Source: Acanthaster planci (Eukaryota). Taken from it: a stretch of DNA of 64,000 bases. Below the pieces are notes generated by a model. The model worked only from the letters and a program-made list of their open reading frames with translations, made no database searches and was not told the DNA's origin. Made by a program: the position numbers and the translations under genes. The stretch spans positions 3,388,431 through 3,452,430 of the forward strand of contig NW_019091359.1 in assembly GCF_001949145.1 (NCBI RefSeq). The letters run 5' to 3'. Positions within the stretch are counted from its first letter, which is position 1, and the number at the start of each line of letters is the position of its first letter. Shown here piece after piece: positions 11,838-55,618 of the stretch.

Positions 11838-12490
11838 NNNNNNNNNNNNNNNNNNNNNNNNNNNNNNNNNNNNNNNNNNNNNNNNNNNNNNNNNNNNNNN
11901 NNNNNNNNNNNNNNNNNNNNNNNNNNNNNNNNNNNNNNNNNNNNNNNNNNNNNNNNNNNNNNNNNNNNNNNNNNNNNNNNNNNNNNNNNNNNNNNNNNNN
12001 NNNNNNNNNNNNNNNNNNNNNNNNNNNNNNNNNNNNNNNNNNNNNNNNNNNNNNNNNNNNNNNNNNNNNNNNNNNNNNNNNNNNNNNNNNNNNNNNNNNN
12101 NNNNNNNNNNNNNNNNNNNNNNNNNNNNNNNNNNNNNNNNNNNNNNNNNNNNNNNNNNNNNNNNNNNNNNNNNNNNNNNNNNNNNNNNNNNNNNNNNNNN
12201 NNNNNNNNNNNNNNNNNNNNNNNNNNNNNNNNNNNNNNNNNNNNNNNNNNNNNNNNNNNNNNNNNNNNNNNNNNNNNNNNNNNNNNNNNNNNNNNNNNNN
12301 NNNNNNNNNNNNNNNNNNNNNNNNNNNNNNNNNNNNNNNNNNNNNNNNNNNNNNNNNNNNNNNNNNNNNNNNNNNNNNNNNNNNNNNNNNNNNNNNNNNN
12401 NNNNNNNNNNNNNNNNNNNNNNNNNNNNNNNNNNNNNNNNNNNNNNNNNNNNNNNNNNNNNNNNNNNNNNNNNNNNNNNNNNNNNNNNNN
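11838..12490. other. Assembly gap
   Basis: Run of N. Confidence 1.
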
Positions 12491-12905
12491 AAGCCTTGTT
12501 TTGAAACTGTGAACCAGGGTTTGTGGCATTGAGAGCGAGCGGATTACCACCGGGGACGAAAGCGCTCCACCACCGCAGCGATGAGCCACACAGCACCGCT
12601 GCACGCTAGTCTGGCCCCTATTGAAAAGAGGTCAGCAGTGCACTGAGCCAGGTTCGTGAATAAAAGAAAGTTACATAACACCGCACAATCTGGGCTCTTT
12701 TTACAAGGCTGCAGGCCTGGCTGAAATACTCTGGCGTCAATGAAGTCACCTGTCAACTTAGAGTAGTGCCTAAAGATTACTTCATGTGGCTATAAATGAC
12801 CGTTAAATGAAATGATGAATTTTTGAAGGATTTTGAAAACGGAAAAAATGATAGTCATGCCGGCCCAGCATCATCAACATTGAAAAATGCCCCGGCATGA
12901 AGTGG
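12491..12905. mobile_element. piggyBac-like MITE, copy 1 (left part lost in assembly gap)
   Basis: Homologous to 16651-17235 and 18372-18947 (agccttgttttgaaac...gcggattaccac...ttgaaaagaggtcagcag). Ends cccggcatgaagtgg|ttaa. Confidence 0.75.
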
Positions 12906-14648
12906 TTAAGAGTATAAATTTTAAATGAAGATTAAAACGAAAATGACTAACTTCTCACAAGTACACCAAGTAAAATAAAGAGTAAATGCTGAAGGTGATT
13001 ACAAAAGTTTGGGTCAAGCTTGGGGGGAAAAAAATCAAGCCAGTTTTCATTTTATTAAAAGAAATCACCTTTATTTCAATGAATATTAATGGCTCGTAAA
13101 AAAGTATAAAACGTCCAATGTAGTCCAAGGATTAAAACAAGTTCAATATATCTATACTGTCTGTGACACGTATTACTCTGATTATTACATTCATTTATAT
13201 TAAGATTATTTGAATTTATTGGAAATTTGAAAATACTGAAAGAATACAAGATCACACTTTCACTGCCACCAATACAAGTGTGTAAAGGCGGATTACATAT
13301 AACATTTGAGAGTTTGCAAACAAATGATAGTTGAAACTATCAAATCAATCAGAATACATCATACATTAACTGAATATTCACTCAGCATTATATATTTACA
13401 GTATATTTAAACTTTTTGTGCCAGTACACAGAATTTTGGCACTGCAAAATAATGCAAGAACCTGTGAAATTAAAGCATCGTTTTACAATAGAAATGACAA
13501 TATGATAATTCTCAACACATTGTGAATTGCATGGATGTTTTACAAGTAATCTGTAAACCACATGAAGCAGATGGCCTAGTTGCTTTCCAACACTCCCTGA
13601 TATAGGAAACATGAATTCCACCAAGACAGGATGGAATAGCATGGCATATTTGTATACTCACTGGATTTAATTCAGTCATTACGGTACGTTTACTTGCAAC
13701 CTACAGTTGGAAAATCTGGCATGCCTAGACAGGTGTTTTCATAACTTGTTACTTGCCATTAAAGTTGGAATGGATGGAAATGTCAAAACTGACATTGCAT
13801 CTCATTTGGATGTTACTTGTTCCTTCAATAGTAGATTTATTTTTTGCAACATACTCCCCATCCCCCTGGAAACTTCCCTTTGTCATTTTGCTTCCTTACT
13901 AATTATGCACTTGTCCATTTCATAAAGGTTTTCTATAATAGGGCATTGTAAACATTTGGGAAAAGGGGACGATTCCAAATTGAATAAAGCTAAATCTTGT
14001 GTAGTTTGGAAGTTTCCTTGTTTCTCGATGTCCTGGTTTTACATTAATGTTGACACTCCTGGCATGATTGCATACATTTCCTGAAGTTTGTTTCAGGAAT
14101 TGCATTTTGGCTGTCTTTACTGATTTTAGGTTCTACCGTTGAATTTAAAAGAACTTTTACACATTACATGTACGTAAATACTATTCAATGTTTTAAAAAT
14201 ATTCAACATTTACACAGAAAATTTACACTGCCTCTTTACAAACTAAAATAATAAAATACCAACAGTCTGTATTTTCCACACATATACAAATACATTTCTT
14301 TAAAAATTTAGACTGTAAAGAGTTAGGGTAGAAATGTATAAATTAAATGAAGTTATTACAAAGTACTTCTCTGTGAATACAAAACTTACGGTGGAATAGA
14401 ATTGCCAATAGAGAATACACTACTGAGATAAACTGCAGTTGTGACATTAATAGACATCTAACAACAGGGTCTCCCGTCTTTGAAAATGCCATACATGATG
14501 TCTCCTGATGCTGCCTTGGTAGAGTTGAAAAATGACCCCACTTTATCCATACAGGAGGTCACTGTACTGAGTCATCCAGTCACAGCACCTATCTGACCTT
14601 TGCAATTACAGACGTACATGGAAGCAATCTTCTGAGATATCTCTGTTA

Positions 14649-43903
<29,255 letters not shown>

Positions 43904-46900
43904 GATAACCTCGGTCACTCCTCAGTCTCAACTGAAAATGGATGGTTTCAGTTCAACCAGTCCTCTGGTGGACCTCTTTAATTTTCTTTCATGAGATCTA
44001 AGCACTACACGTGAATAGATGCACGGTGGCCAAGCGTATTCTGTCTGACATAAAAGGGTCGGCTTGGGTGTGTTGTCGCAATTGATTTGTGACGCGTTCA
44101 TCCACGCTTGAATGGTCAGAGTGAACTGCGTCAAACAAGTTTCGGTCCACGGTCCAAAAACGAAGGGCTGAGCTATGACTCGTACTCATTTACCCGGAAC
44201 TGCTCAGTACTTGTGTGTGGTTTATGGTTTGACTGTGCAAATACTCGTGAAGTCAGCTTCCTCAATATAATAGCTAGAAATATTTGGGCACCCTCATGAA
44301 CCTATTCAACTGTTTCGTTAATCATTAAACCAGAATATGTGCGAAAAACCGTATAAGTATTGATATGACACAGCTAAACGGTGGGCCTGCTGGCAAAATC
44401 GCAACAACAGCCGGAACGCAGTGGTGACATTCCACTGAAACGCTGCTTATGATTTTATGGTAACCATTTATTTACCGTAACGACCAGACAGGAAATTGTA
44501 ACTTCCACAACCATGGATATGTGGACGTGTAAGGAAGTTCGTGCTAGTCAGTCCGCCCGTTCAGTTTGTCAAGGGCGTCGCACTGTCGCATGCGCCCGGA
44601 CGACACTTCCTCCACAACATTGATGTCATTATTAAGCCCATGGCTCATTTATTGCACATCCAGCTGTAATTCCATCTTTAGGCGTAATGTATCGGCCCAC
44701 CAAGCTTTTTGGGGGGAGGGGGGGTCTCCCATCACGTCTACAAAGCAGCCCCCAAGCTTTATCTGGCTGCCAAGTTCAACTCAGTTTTTGGATGCTGCAT
44801 TTACAAGTTAAAACAAACAAACAGACAAAAACAACCACAAAGTATGCCCCAAAATGCACTAAACCTGAACTTATGTGGACTCTGGTCTATGCCACGGCTT
44901 TTCTACTTCCGACAGACCTCCTTTCCCCGCTACACATTTCCATATCTCTTTCAGTTCCGTCAAGCTTAAAGTTAAAACTTGGAGAACACTGCGCAAAAAA
45001 AGTGCACCATCTGGGCCGCAATAAAAGAGTAATTGGCGTATGAAGCTAAAAAACTAAAATTTATTAGATTCCCTTGACAAACCAGGGCTTTAGAGTAATT
45101 CTTCAGCATGTTTTTTAAAATCGATACAGATTCATACTGAAAAATCGTTATAATAACCACAGCATGGCATCCATGTTGCGGACGGTCGTACCACTGAGCT
45201 AAATGACACGCACTAGTATATTTAGACGTCCTTGAACTGAGGTTTATCAGTACTGTTCAATCACGTTCAACATCATATTTGACCACTTTACATCATGAAA
45301 ACATCCTCTGGTCTGGGAATGGCTCCCGTTGCGCAGGTGTAGATATCACGAGGTTATTTCGTCAAGTGTGCGAGGAACATTTCTGTCGTCTTCAGGTCTT
45401 TGAAGAACCACGTATGTACACCTGTCTAGTTGAGACGGGAACTCAACATGCACAATAACTTTTATAAGTGAATGTACGACGAGATGTAATAACAATGTAC
45501 AGTATGCATTTGGAAACATTTACGTTTATGGGCCTACTGTCATTCGGAAGTGAAATAGATTTCTGTTTTAAATTACTTTCTAGGAGAAGAATTTCAGTTT
45601 GTATAACGAAAAAGGCGATTTTGTCATTGAACATACGGGCACTAGATCGCGGGCCTTTTGGATAGTTCCCGCTAATTCATGTGACTATAAACATTTTATA
45701 CATTTCTGTTCCCAATCGTTCAACGGTTTTGTGGAATATTTTTGAGAAAACCCTTAGACTATTCCCAACGAACCCGACGAGTCCTCCACTCCATTGCTAG
45801 TTTGTACACAGCGAATTCGATGTTCAACGGTTTCATTTCCTACCAGTGATGTCATAGGAATTTTGGGATTCAATGCAATCCACTCCCCTTTTCCTTGTAA
45901 ACGGACTCACAGCCTCGATTATGTGACTGTGCATGTTGTTGGGTTGAATTGTGGTTGAATCATTCCTTGAACAAAGTCACACTCGCCCTACATTCAAAAA
46001 AAAAAGTGCGGTTTCACACTAGACTAGTGTGAACTAGTCTACGATTAACCACATTAACTACGATTGAACCACACTAACGCACGCGTTCATTTGGGAAGTC
46101 ACATCATCTTATTGGTCTAAGAGGCACATAACGCGCGCGAATCACCTGTCCACGAGCGTTGTGCTATCGCAGTGAGGCTTTGCGTGGTAGCCACGCAGAG
46201 TCGTGCCTGTATTCCACACTGAAACCTCATTATATAAAACTGTGGAAATCCTCCACAACCGCACTCGAAATTAGGAAGAACGTTAGCGAGATTTTAACTG
46301 TCTTCACACGTAGAGCGGAAACTTGTCCAAACGCCCTTCTTTATTCCGAGTTTAAAACCGGTCCCCATTATGCACAAGTAATTTGGTTGAGGGACTGAAA
46401 ACACAATCATACATTCGGTTGTGCAATTGGCCCTATCTTTACAGTACATCTACATGTACATGTATATCGTATTGCGGCAGCAGACGAATATTTTCAGGTG
46501 GCAAATTTTATGTCCTTGAACTCCAAAGAACAGTCACTGTGCTGTTCCGTAAAGCGCCTCTCCTTTGTTACGGAATTGCAGAAACCTGCCACACATATTC
46601 TGTATCTGTGCAACGAATGATATTATTTGTTAAGCTCTTTGTCGCCGTCTCGAACCTTGCCATATTCTCCGAGGGTAAGTTGAATATTTGTATTGAATAC
46701 AAAAGAGCTGTTAACGTTGGGTAAAAATTTCCACGGCCTGAAATGTTTTTCCGACTGGATGGACAGAAGAGCAAATCTCTGACCTATACTCTTGTGCAAT
46801 GCATTGGCCCAAAATAGGCGTAGCTAGGCAAAGTTTATTCCCGGGAAGAATACCCATAATTTCTTTTCCACAGCTGTTTTTCCCAATCAACTGTTTCCCA

Positions 46901-49900
46901 ATGATTATTTTCCTTTTTTTTTCAACCGCTTGAGAGTTTCCTCAAAAATGGTTTCCTATTTTCCAAGAGATGAAAGAAAGAAGAATTTCCTATTTTCCCA
47001 GAGATTCTTTACATGTAATAAGACGACGAATCTGTTTCCATACATTTCCTAAGTTTACATATAAACAAGATTTTGAAAATAACTGAGAGCCAACTTGTTC
47101 TTTGTTTTAAAGCCCCTACTTGTTTGATACAAGTTGTCAGCTCTCGTATACTGTAAACTATCGCGATGACTGTAGTGGTTTTAACTTTCTGTATAAATCG
47201 TTAATTAGGTTACGAATGGCCGACTTCAATACCCGATATATAAACAAATTTTCTAGGGCTTGAAATTGAGAAAGCTTATATTCGATACTCTCTGCACGGC
47301 TTCTGTATGATCACCGAAGCTTTCGGGTAAAGTCAAGTGTTTACTCGCAGAAATTGCTTTATTCACGTTCATCCGATGATGGAAATACTAACTTGATAAA
47401 GATGTGGCTTCATCGGTGGCATAAAATGGGGCACGAAAGAACAGGGAAGGGAGAGAAAATTAAATTTGGATAAAGTAGGCTACTGTGACACAAAAACAAG
47501 AGTACTTTGTATAGGCACTAATTTGGATCTGAAACCTGCGCCGCTCTTTTCAAAGTTTCTTTGTTGGTTTTTCTTGTAGATAAATTTTCTGTTGAAAACT
47601 TACCGTTGGAAGGAATACAGCCTGACCTCAGATGTGTTGAGTTTTTGTCCGTATCAGGTATTGGATTAAAAGTCAACATAGCCACACGCTCAATGGAATT
47701 GTAACAAATCTTTATAGCCATGAATTCAAAGTTATCTAATAACAATGCTAAAAACGGAAATGGCCGTTCCTCTAGCCAACATTCTATCATTTTGGGTGTG
47801 CCTCTGTAGTCTGTTTAAGGACAATATTTTTCAATAATATTGTCAACCACACAGGGTACACATCTCCAATTTCTCTTCATTGACTTGTTTAGTGTTAACC
47901 GGGAACGACGCTCGCACTCTCAGCGACTAGAGACGTAATTTTTAAGAATTACCGCACAACACATTTGAATGAAAAGTTCTTACTTTATCTTTAATAAAAA
48001 CAGCCTACATTGCACATGAGTCATTCACGACTGGAACTATTGATCTATATGTTGTCATTCTTATTGACTATACATTACCATTTTAATAACCTCATGTATA
48101 AATTACATTGTTGCTAGCGGCTAATCATACATGACGTGGATTCTAAAGCAGTGCAAGAACTTGGATCTTAAAACTAAACCAAACCTGTGACATTTCCTTG
48201 ACAGGCCTGTAATGCCTCGAATTTCCTACTGTTCGTTTTAATTCCGTATCTCTCGCTCTCACAAGGACACATAAGTACATGTCACCGGTTAATGTATACG
48301 CACAAACGGAAAAAATGGAGGCAGAAGGCTAAAGCGGGCCATTGAAAATGTACAGGGCACTAATTTCAACGTCGTTTTCTCTCAACCTTTACACCTTTTT
48401 TCTCCGTCTTCGGTAAACCCTCTAAAATCATTGAAGCTATTGCCTTCTGGTGTCAAAGGATTTACACTGCACTAAATAAAAAAAGTCTTTGCTTTCTCCC
48501 GAGCGCGGGAGTTCAAAGGGAATTAATACTTTATTTAGGGCTCCTTGCCGACCAAGTCCAATTAAATGGTTTTGTTCTTCAGGGTAATATGCTCAAGTCG
48601 TACTACGCTGAATCGTGGGCTGAACGCAGAGTGAATTGCGGGCCAACTTCAGATTGGTTTAGGTTTGCTTCACTACTTACCCAGCACCCTGGTGACTACG
48701 CTCGTCGCCCAGCGCCAGAACAGGGTGCCGGGGGGGGGCGAAGTCTCAGACATGTCGCCGCGTTGATAGGAAAAGAGCGCCTTTCTTGGACCAGCTCGGG
48801 GCTCATATCGTGCGTCAGCGGAAAAGCTCAGAAGATACAAAGCATTTGACTTTTTCCAGCCGTACATGTGACCGTGTTTATATGCTCATACAATGTGTTT
48901 CAGAGAGAACTATTCAGTTATACCGACTGCTTGGGCTCAGCAACAATAAACAGCCCATAGGCCATATACAACACTTCAATTGTGACTGTGCTACAAATTG
49001 TTCGTCGGGTCGTCTGACACGAACTGTGTGACGTATATAAAATCACAGCGTCATGTGACGTTTGTGACGCAGAAATTGTAAACCCTACTCGCAAATTTAA
49101 TAACTTTCATGTGTCATAACACAATTATTGGATCATCCAGAACGAGCGACTCGTGAATGAGTTTTTAAAAACGGGTAAGTATACCCATTTGTGTAAAAAC
49201 TGATATTTTCCCGCAAGCTCCGGCTGCTTGATGGTTCTCACTTCTCGGAAAAATAACTAACCATTCCAAACTTAAACCAGGCTGACGACTGTTACATGTA
49301 TTATTGGAAAATTATATACACTAACAATGAAAACTCCCGGAATAACAGTATTGTTTTCTGCTGACTTTTTTTTACTTTGGATCACTTTGAAATAAGGAAA
49401 TTAACAGTTGTCATGGAGATGAAGTTTGGAGGACCTCAGACAAAGTACGAGCACATGTTTAGTGGCAAGTTATGTTTAAATAAAATTGAAGATGAAAAGA
49501 AGTAGGGAAAAGGGGAAACAACTAAAAAGAGAAGGGGGGCAATGAAATCACGAATTCCTAGAAGCTTGGAAGTTGGATGAAACCTATGGACAGAAGCTGA
49601 TGAGGAAGAAAGTCACACAAAGATATTCCAGGGAAAAGCCTGGAAGTCGGGAAGGAACTGAAAACCCAATCCAAATGTCCGCCAAGATGGAAATCGAACC
49701 CATTGCGGTGAAAGGATACCACCGCGCGAACAATTACCCTTTCGTCAGGCATGCGAGCTGGTGCAGACGCTTTTTGAAGAGTCGTGTTTTAGTTAATAAA
49801 CAGACATACTACTGTGGTATACTACCGGTACGTAAGTAGGAAACGCAAAGATTCGTAAATCTTTCAACTCGTTTTCCCTCACCAAATTCTACTTTACTGT

Positions 49901-50429
49901 GCATAAATTCAAACATGTTGGGAATTGATCCAAGCATCCGTCTGTTGCCAAGGCAAGTGGAAAAGCGGGTACCAAGCACTATGAAATGCTTGAGAATTGA
50001 GGCTGTTGCATTTGAAGCAGCGTATACTTATGAAGTCAAAATTAAACATGTACACAATAATTAGAAGTTATTTCTGACTAAATTGATAGGCTGTGCATAA
50101 CAAACGACATTTAAGAAGCTCAAGCTTTAGCAAGGATAAATCACGAGGGGGGGTCCATGCCCCTCACCCAATGGAGTCAAATTTTGTAACAAGTAATGAA
50201 AGAGGCGATTTGCTTTAGTCTATTTCATTTCCCTTCCTTTCAAGGCGTGTAAAAAGCCCTAAAATGTGGCCTCATCCCTCAGAAAGAAGAGCTATGAAAA
50301 GAATCACAAATGCTTACACCCCTACCCCCCCCTACGGAAATTTGGTCCTGGATCCGCCCTTGGCATTAAACTTCATTTTGCCCGTCAGTACTGCGTAGTA
50401 TGCGGTCTAATCAAGTGCATCCATTAGGC

Positions 50430-51593
50430 TCAACACGCCTTGATCTTTTGGAGGACATCCACACAGTCTTTTCTGAAGCGTCTGTTAGCGAGTCCGTATA
50501 TGAGTGGATTCACAGCGTTGTTGATGTACAAGAGGACGCTTGATTTCCCCACGATGTTCATGATTGTAGGATTGATAGACGCACCACCAAAGGCGGCAAA
50601 CTCCAACACAACATTAGTCCAATATGGCAACCAGGTCAGCAGAAAGACCAAACTCGTAAGGAAGAGCATCTTGGTGGTCTTACGCTGCAAGTTTACTCCT
50701 CTGACCTTGTGGGCGCGGTCTTCGTTTTCCGGGCGTTGGCGTAGATTGCTGTGTCCAGATGAAACAGCCATTTGGGGTGCGAAGAGCGCCCCGGTTGATT
50801 TGTTTACAGTGCTACTGTTCGGCTTTGGATCTGTGGCGCGTGTAGTCAGAGAAACCACTGAAACCTGAGTCTCACAATTTTTTGATAAATGGGGGAAAAC
50901 TAGGGTAGATTCATCGTCTCTGCAGTGCCTTAAACCAGCTCTGACATCCCATCTGATGTTAGACAAAACACCGACTTTGACGTGCTTCCGAATGGTCACG
51001 TAAACTAGTCCGTAACACACAGCGATCATTACCAACGCTGTCATGAAACAAAAAACCTGAAATGCCAATACAAGCATTCTCAAGAGCGAATTCGAAGGGT
51101 CCGTGGACATCGATATAAATGCTGGAATGTTAATGGCGACTGAGAACAAGGCTGCGATTATTGCCGCTATTTGAGCTCGTTTCTTGGTGAAAAATCGATT
51201 GTTTGATCGGCACACGCAATCATACCGATCCACAGCGATTACTGAGGTGATCATGACGGAGGTGCCGACGGCCGTCGTCGTAATTGCCAAGATAATGTCT
51301 AGAACTTGTGGAATCTTACCACCAGTGAGAAGAATGGCCTCCACCGAAATTCGACGCCATCTTAGCAAGCAGACAGCCAAATCGGCCCAAGCTAAGGCCA
51401 TGATAAGAATATGGGTGCTGTTTTTGTGGGCCTTGGTCCAATAGACGCGAAGAATAAGGCAGTTTCCAGGTACCCCGAGTAAAAATGTAATCGTATGGGC
51501 AACGAGAGTTAATAGATCTCCATCCGCAACCGTAGGTTCCTGCGTTGGGTGGTGAAAAAGTTTGGTAGAGTTTTCCACAGATTGATTTTCCAT
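50430..51593 (-). CDS. Intronless rhodopsin-class (class A) orphan GPCR, 387 aa
   Basis: Single ORF with seven hydrophobic segments and the motifs GN (TM1), LAWAD (TM2), AVDRY (TM3), TWLP (TM6), NAVNPLIY (TM7) and helix-8 NRRFRK. N-glycosylation sequons are present in the N-terminus. Confidence 0.93.
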   Translation of the reverse strand: MENQSVENSTKLFHHPTQEPTVADGDLLTLVAHTITFLLGVPGNCLILRVYWTKAHKNSTHILIMALAWADLAVCLLRWRRISVEAILLTGGKIPQVLDIILAITTTAVGTSVMITSVIAVDRYDCVCRSNNRFFTKKRAQIAAIIAALFSVAINIPAFISMSTDPSNSLLRMLVLAFQVFCFMTALVMIAVCYGLVYVTIRKHVKVGVLSNIRWDVRAGLRHCRDDESTLVFPHLSKNCETQVSVVSLTTRATDPKPNSSTVNKSTGALFAPQMAVSSGHSNLRQRPENEDRAHKVRGVNLQRKTTKMLFLTSLVFLLTWLPYWTNVVLEFAAFGGASINPTIMNIVGKSSVLLYINNAVNPLIYGLANRRFRKDCVDVLQKIKAC

Positions 51594-54500
51594 AATTCAA
51601 GAAAAAAATGAACTAGTACTAAATACTCTAGTCTACATGAAACAGAACGTGAATTTAAACTTGCATTCAACTTTACAACATGCAGACGAAAGCTTTAACG
51701 TCGCGATCCTTGTCTTCAGTTTTGGTGAACAACCCAAGGTTTGTCTATTATATAATAATACCAAGAAGCACGTGACTCAGGAAAGTGTAATTTAATAATA
51801 GGAAAATAGAAAAACCTTAACCTTCCCTTTGATGTCACACTGACCAATAATGGGTGCATTCAAGTTTCTCTGATGAAAGCAGGTCCGTCTGTTGTAATTG
51901 ACAATCTCTGATGTGTGTGTCGTCTTGAACAACCACAACGATGGGAAATTGTCACGAACAACTGGCGCACACAGATATAAAATAATGAAATTTTGTCCTC
52001 GCACAAGGCCACGGTCCACTCTCAATACTCTAATTCGATCCAAACAATTATGATAAAGGCCACTCTATACAATTAAATTCAGCCAATCAAAGAAATTGCG
52101 CCCTCAAATATAATTCCAGCCCCCCCCAAAAAAGAACATTTTTTCCAATTCCAATGGTTCTTTCTGCAATCATATTGATTTGTTCGAATACGTTCTTTGG
52201 CTGTGGTGAAAATAAAACCAACAAAATGAAAACATAATAAATTAATAAATAAAAACAACAACAGAAAGTAGAACCGGGGAAAACTATCACAAGGTTCCAG
52301 TTTTTAATTCATTCAGTATTGATCATAATTATTGTACAATGTAGGTTGGTTTGATTTCTTTATAAGTAATTATATGCAGTGAACAATTGTCAATTGAGAT
52401 ATTGACACTTGTGCTTTTTAGTGGAATGATTGCGACGACAGACACCGAAACAATGCCTTTTGGGATTTTTAAAAATTAATTGTCATAATTCAAATCCATT
52501 TAAATTACACTTTAAAAACTACAATTAACGCTCCATCCAACAAATCGATACACCGTGGTATTTGTGTGTAAACATGTACCGGCAAGTTACAAGACGAAGA
52601 CAAGGCAACTGACTTATGCTGGTTGCTGAAAGGCTCGAGACCTTCACAATTTTACCTCCAACTCCCAGACGTTTTCCATTTAACAAGCTAAGACACCGTA
52701 GACATTTTTGCTGAAAAAGTTTGTTCCTTACTTTTGACTGAGACGTTTAATTACATGTGCCCATTGATTCTGAGCAGAAAACTCAATCCAACTTTAACCC
52801 TGTGCATTGTTGAAACAAATAGGTTGAAACCCATTATCTTACTGCCAGGGAACGCACACTGATATCACCAAATGATAATGTAGGTCTTACAGGCAAAATG
52901 TATGCTACTGGTAGTTTTGAATGATTTACTTCACACAAAAAATCTACATGTTTAGCATGCAATGATGAATGACAATTGTTAACAATCCGCAATATTCACT
53001 TTAGTATCCAACAAAAATAATTATATGGTTCACAGTTTTTACAGCAACAGAAACGTTGTTAATGTAAACATTCACGCCCAGAGGATGAAAATCCAGATTT
53101 TGTATTTTATTTGTAAGACACCAAAGAACACGCCCCTTTATCCTCGTAAGACACGCATGCGAATTAAGTAAACAAAACTCCAGCCCTTAAATCGCAGTGG
53201 GAATTGGTTTCAGCGTTTTGGCCATTTTAAATGAATTTGGAGTTCTTTAATATATAGCAAAATGTCCACGTTGACTCGAATTAAGCACGTCCGTGTCTCA
53301 TTAAAGATTTTAATTTGTAGGGCATCCATGAAGTTGGACAGTAAGTGCATGCTTAATAAACTTATTTTATTTACAATAATAGATAGTTTTTACCGTACCT
53401 AGCTTCGTGGTCATGTGCACGCACTCAGTGTAAAGTTCGTATCTCCATGTTCCACTGAACAGATTCTGAGTTTAGAGTAAAACTAAACAAGCATGGTGAC
53501 AGCTGTTCCGATATAACTTCGTGATAGGGTAAGAGAATTTTTGTGTCGTGAACAACCTGCAGTCACCCATACACGCTGCAACTTGCTGAATTGTTGACTA
53601 TATCGGCGCTAGCCATGCTCTGAAGTGATGCATAACGTGCCAGTTGGACCGAATCGCACAAACATCCTCCATGGTTCAAACATTTTGAAGGAAACAAAAT
53701 GCAAGGTGGATGTGTGGATCATCGAGGGCGACAATATACATGTATACAGCAGCGGCATATCCAGCTTTTGGTGGGAGGATTTCAAGACTAGTGAATGCAG
53801 CTTTGGGCTCATTTAACATGATGTTGGAGAGGAAAAAAAAAACAAAACAAAAGCCTTACTAACGGTCCAAACATCCTTGCTTTTATTTGCTGATGTTATT
53901 TTCTTAGGGTTTGATGTTAATGTACAATATATATATATTTGTTTATACCGATTACTTTCTTTCCTACTCACACATGAGGTATTCTCCTTTAAGAAAAAAA
54001 GGCATACGCCTCCACGCTTCCTGAAATGCCTTTACCCGTCACGTCATGTCACTGAAAAACCTCTATAACTCGGTTCCTTCCTAGAAATTCGTATGTAGGC
54101 ACTTAAAAGGTTTGGTAGCTACAGTGAAAAGCATTTTTTACTCTTCCTTTTATTCGTCATAAATGCATATAAGATTTCTGAGTAAAACATGAACGATAGT
54201 CGTGATAATAAATGTGTACAAATGAAATGCACAGCACGTGTGCATTTTGAATACTTATACCAATTATAGTTCCAAATTAAAAAATAAAAAAATCTTATCG
54301 TCCGTATTTGATGTGAGCATACAAGAGCTTTAGATTGCCTTCTCACGGTTTTTTGCCTGGCTACTATACGAGATTCACAACATACGGCTGGAGCAGTCAG
54401 ACAACCATTCATTTCTTATTTTGAATAAGCACAACATTACCTTCTTAACCGGGGTGCAGTCACTGAGTTGATGCTTTGTGATTGGTAGAAGCTTAACACA

Positions 54501-54837
54501 ATTTTAGCTTGCGAATTACGTCTACACAATCTTTACGAAATGGGCTGTTTGTGAGACCATAAACAAATGGGTTAACTGTGTTGTTGACGTATAGCATATA
54601 GTAGAGATAACTGAAACTGTTTAAAATAACGGGACTAATCTGTAAGCCCGAGTAAGAAGCCATGGTGATTGCCATGAAGATCCAATAAGGCATCCAGGTC
54701 AGTAGGTAGATGATACTAGTGACGAAGAGCATCTTGGTGGTCGTACGCTGCAGTTGGGCATTGGAGCTGTGGCCTTCGATTTGTCTCGGTACTTGCGGGG
54801 GCGAGACTGTGATCGCGGTGTCTTGAACTTGAAGTGG

Positions 54838-54927
54838 TGAGTCGTCATGCACCGGTGAGTCGCCATGCACCGGTGAGTCGTCATGCACCGGTGAGTTGTC
54901 ATGCACCGGTGAGTCGTCGTGCACCGG
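54838..54927 (-). repeat. 18-bp tandem repeat (VHDDSP, about x5) in intracellular loop 3 of the GPCR pseudogene
   Basis: Repeated gtgagtcgtcatgcaccg units. Confidence 0.9.
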
Positions 54928-55618
54928 TGCTGATGAAGTTACCTTGTTTCCCCGTAGAGTATGGTTGACTCCCTTATGGGAAAAGCTTGGTGAAGATATG
55001 AGTTCGATGGAATAGCAGAAGGTCCTGTATTTGCAGCCGAATCTTTGACAACGGTGTCATTGCTGTCACCGACTCGAATTCTAATGTGTTGGCGGATCTT
55101 TTTAAGCACGCTGCCGTATAACAAAACGACAGAGATATAGGTACCGTAACGAAAGTCACGTACTGGCAAGCGATTGCCACTCTTTGGATGACCACGTTTC
55201 TGGGATGAACGAATCGCAGCAAGTAGAGGAAACTCATCACTAAGGAACCGACAAGGGAGCAAAGAACAGCTATTCTAGCCCGTCTCAAGGTGAGAAAGCG
55301 TCGAAGAGGGCGACACGCGCAATCTTATCGATCAATCGCGATCATGGTGGTGAGAAGAATCGAAAACGTTATTGGAACAGCTCTGAGATATACCATCAAG
55401 TTGTCTACCGCCGGGTGTATCTGTTTCCCAGCCAGTAACATGGCATACGACGCTGACGTGTATATCACCAGCAAGCAAGTTAGGACATCTGCCCAGGCCA
55501 GCGCCATAACGAAAATATGAGTGGTTGTCCGACGAGGCCTAGAATGGTATCCACGTAAAACGAGACAGTTAACAGGTGTACCCAGAACGACCAGTATTAT
55601 TGTACGTATCAGCTGAAA

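Noticed and set aside
49573..49839. 88-aa ORF as a protein-coding exon
   Set aside because: No recognisable motif and no phase-compatible neighbouring exons found.
50440..51600. Overlapping ORFs of 86-142 aa on both strands
   Set aside because: Shadows of the GPCR ORF with no independent motifs.
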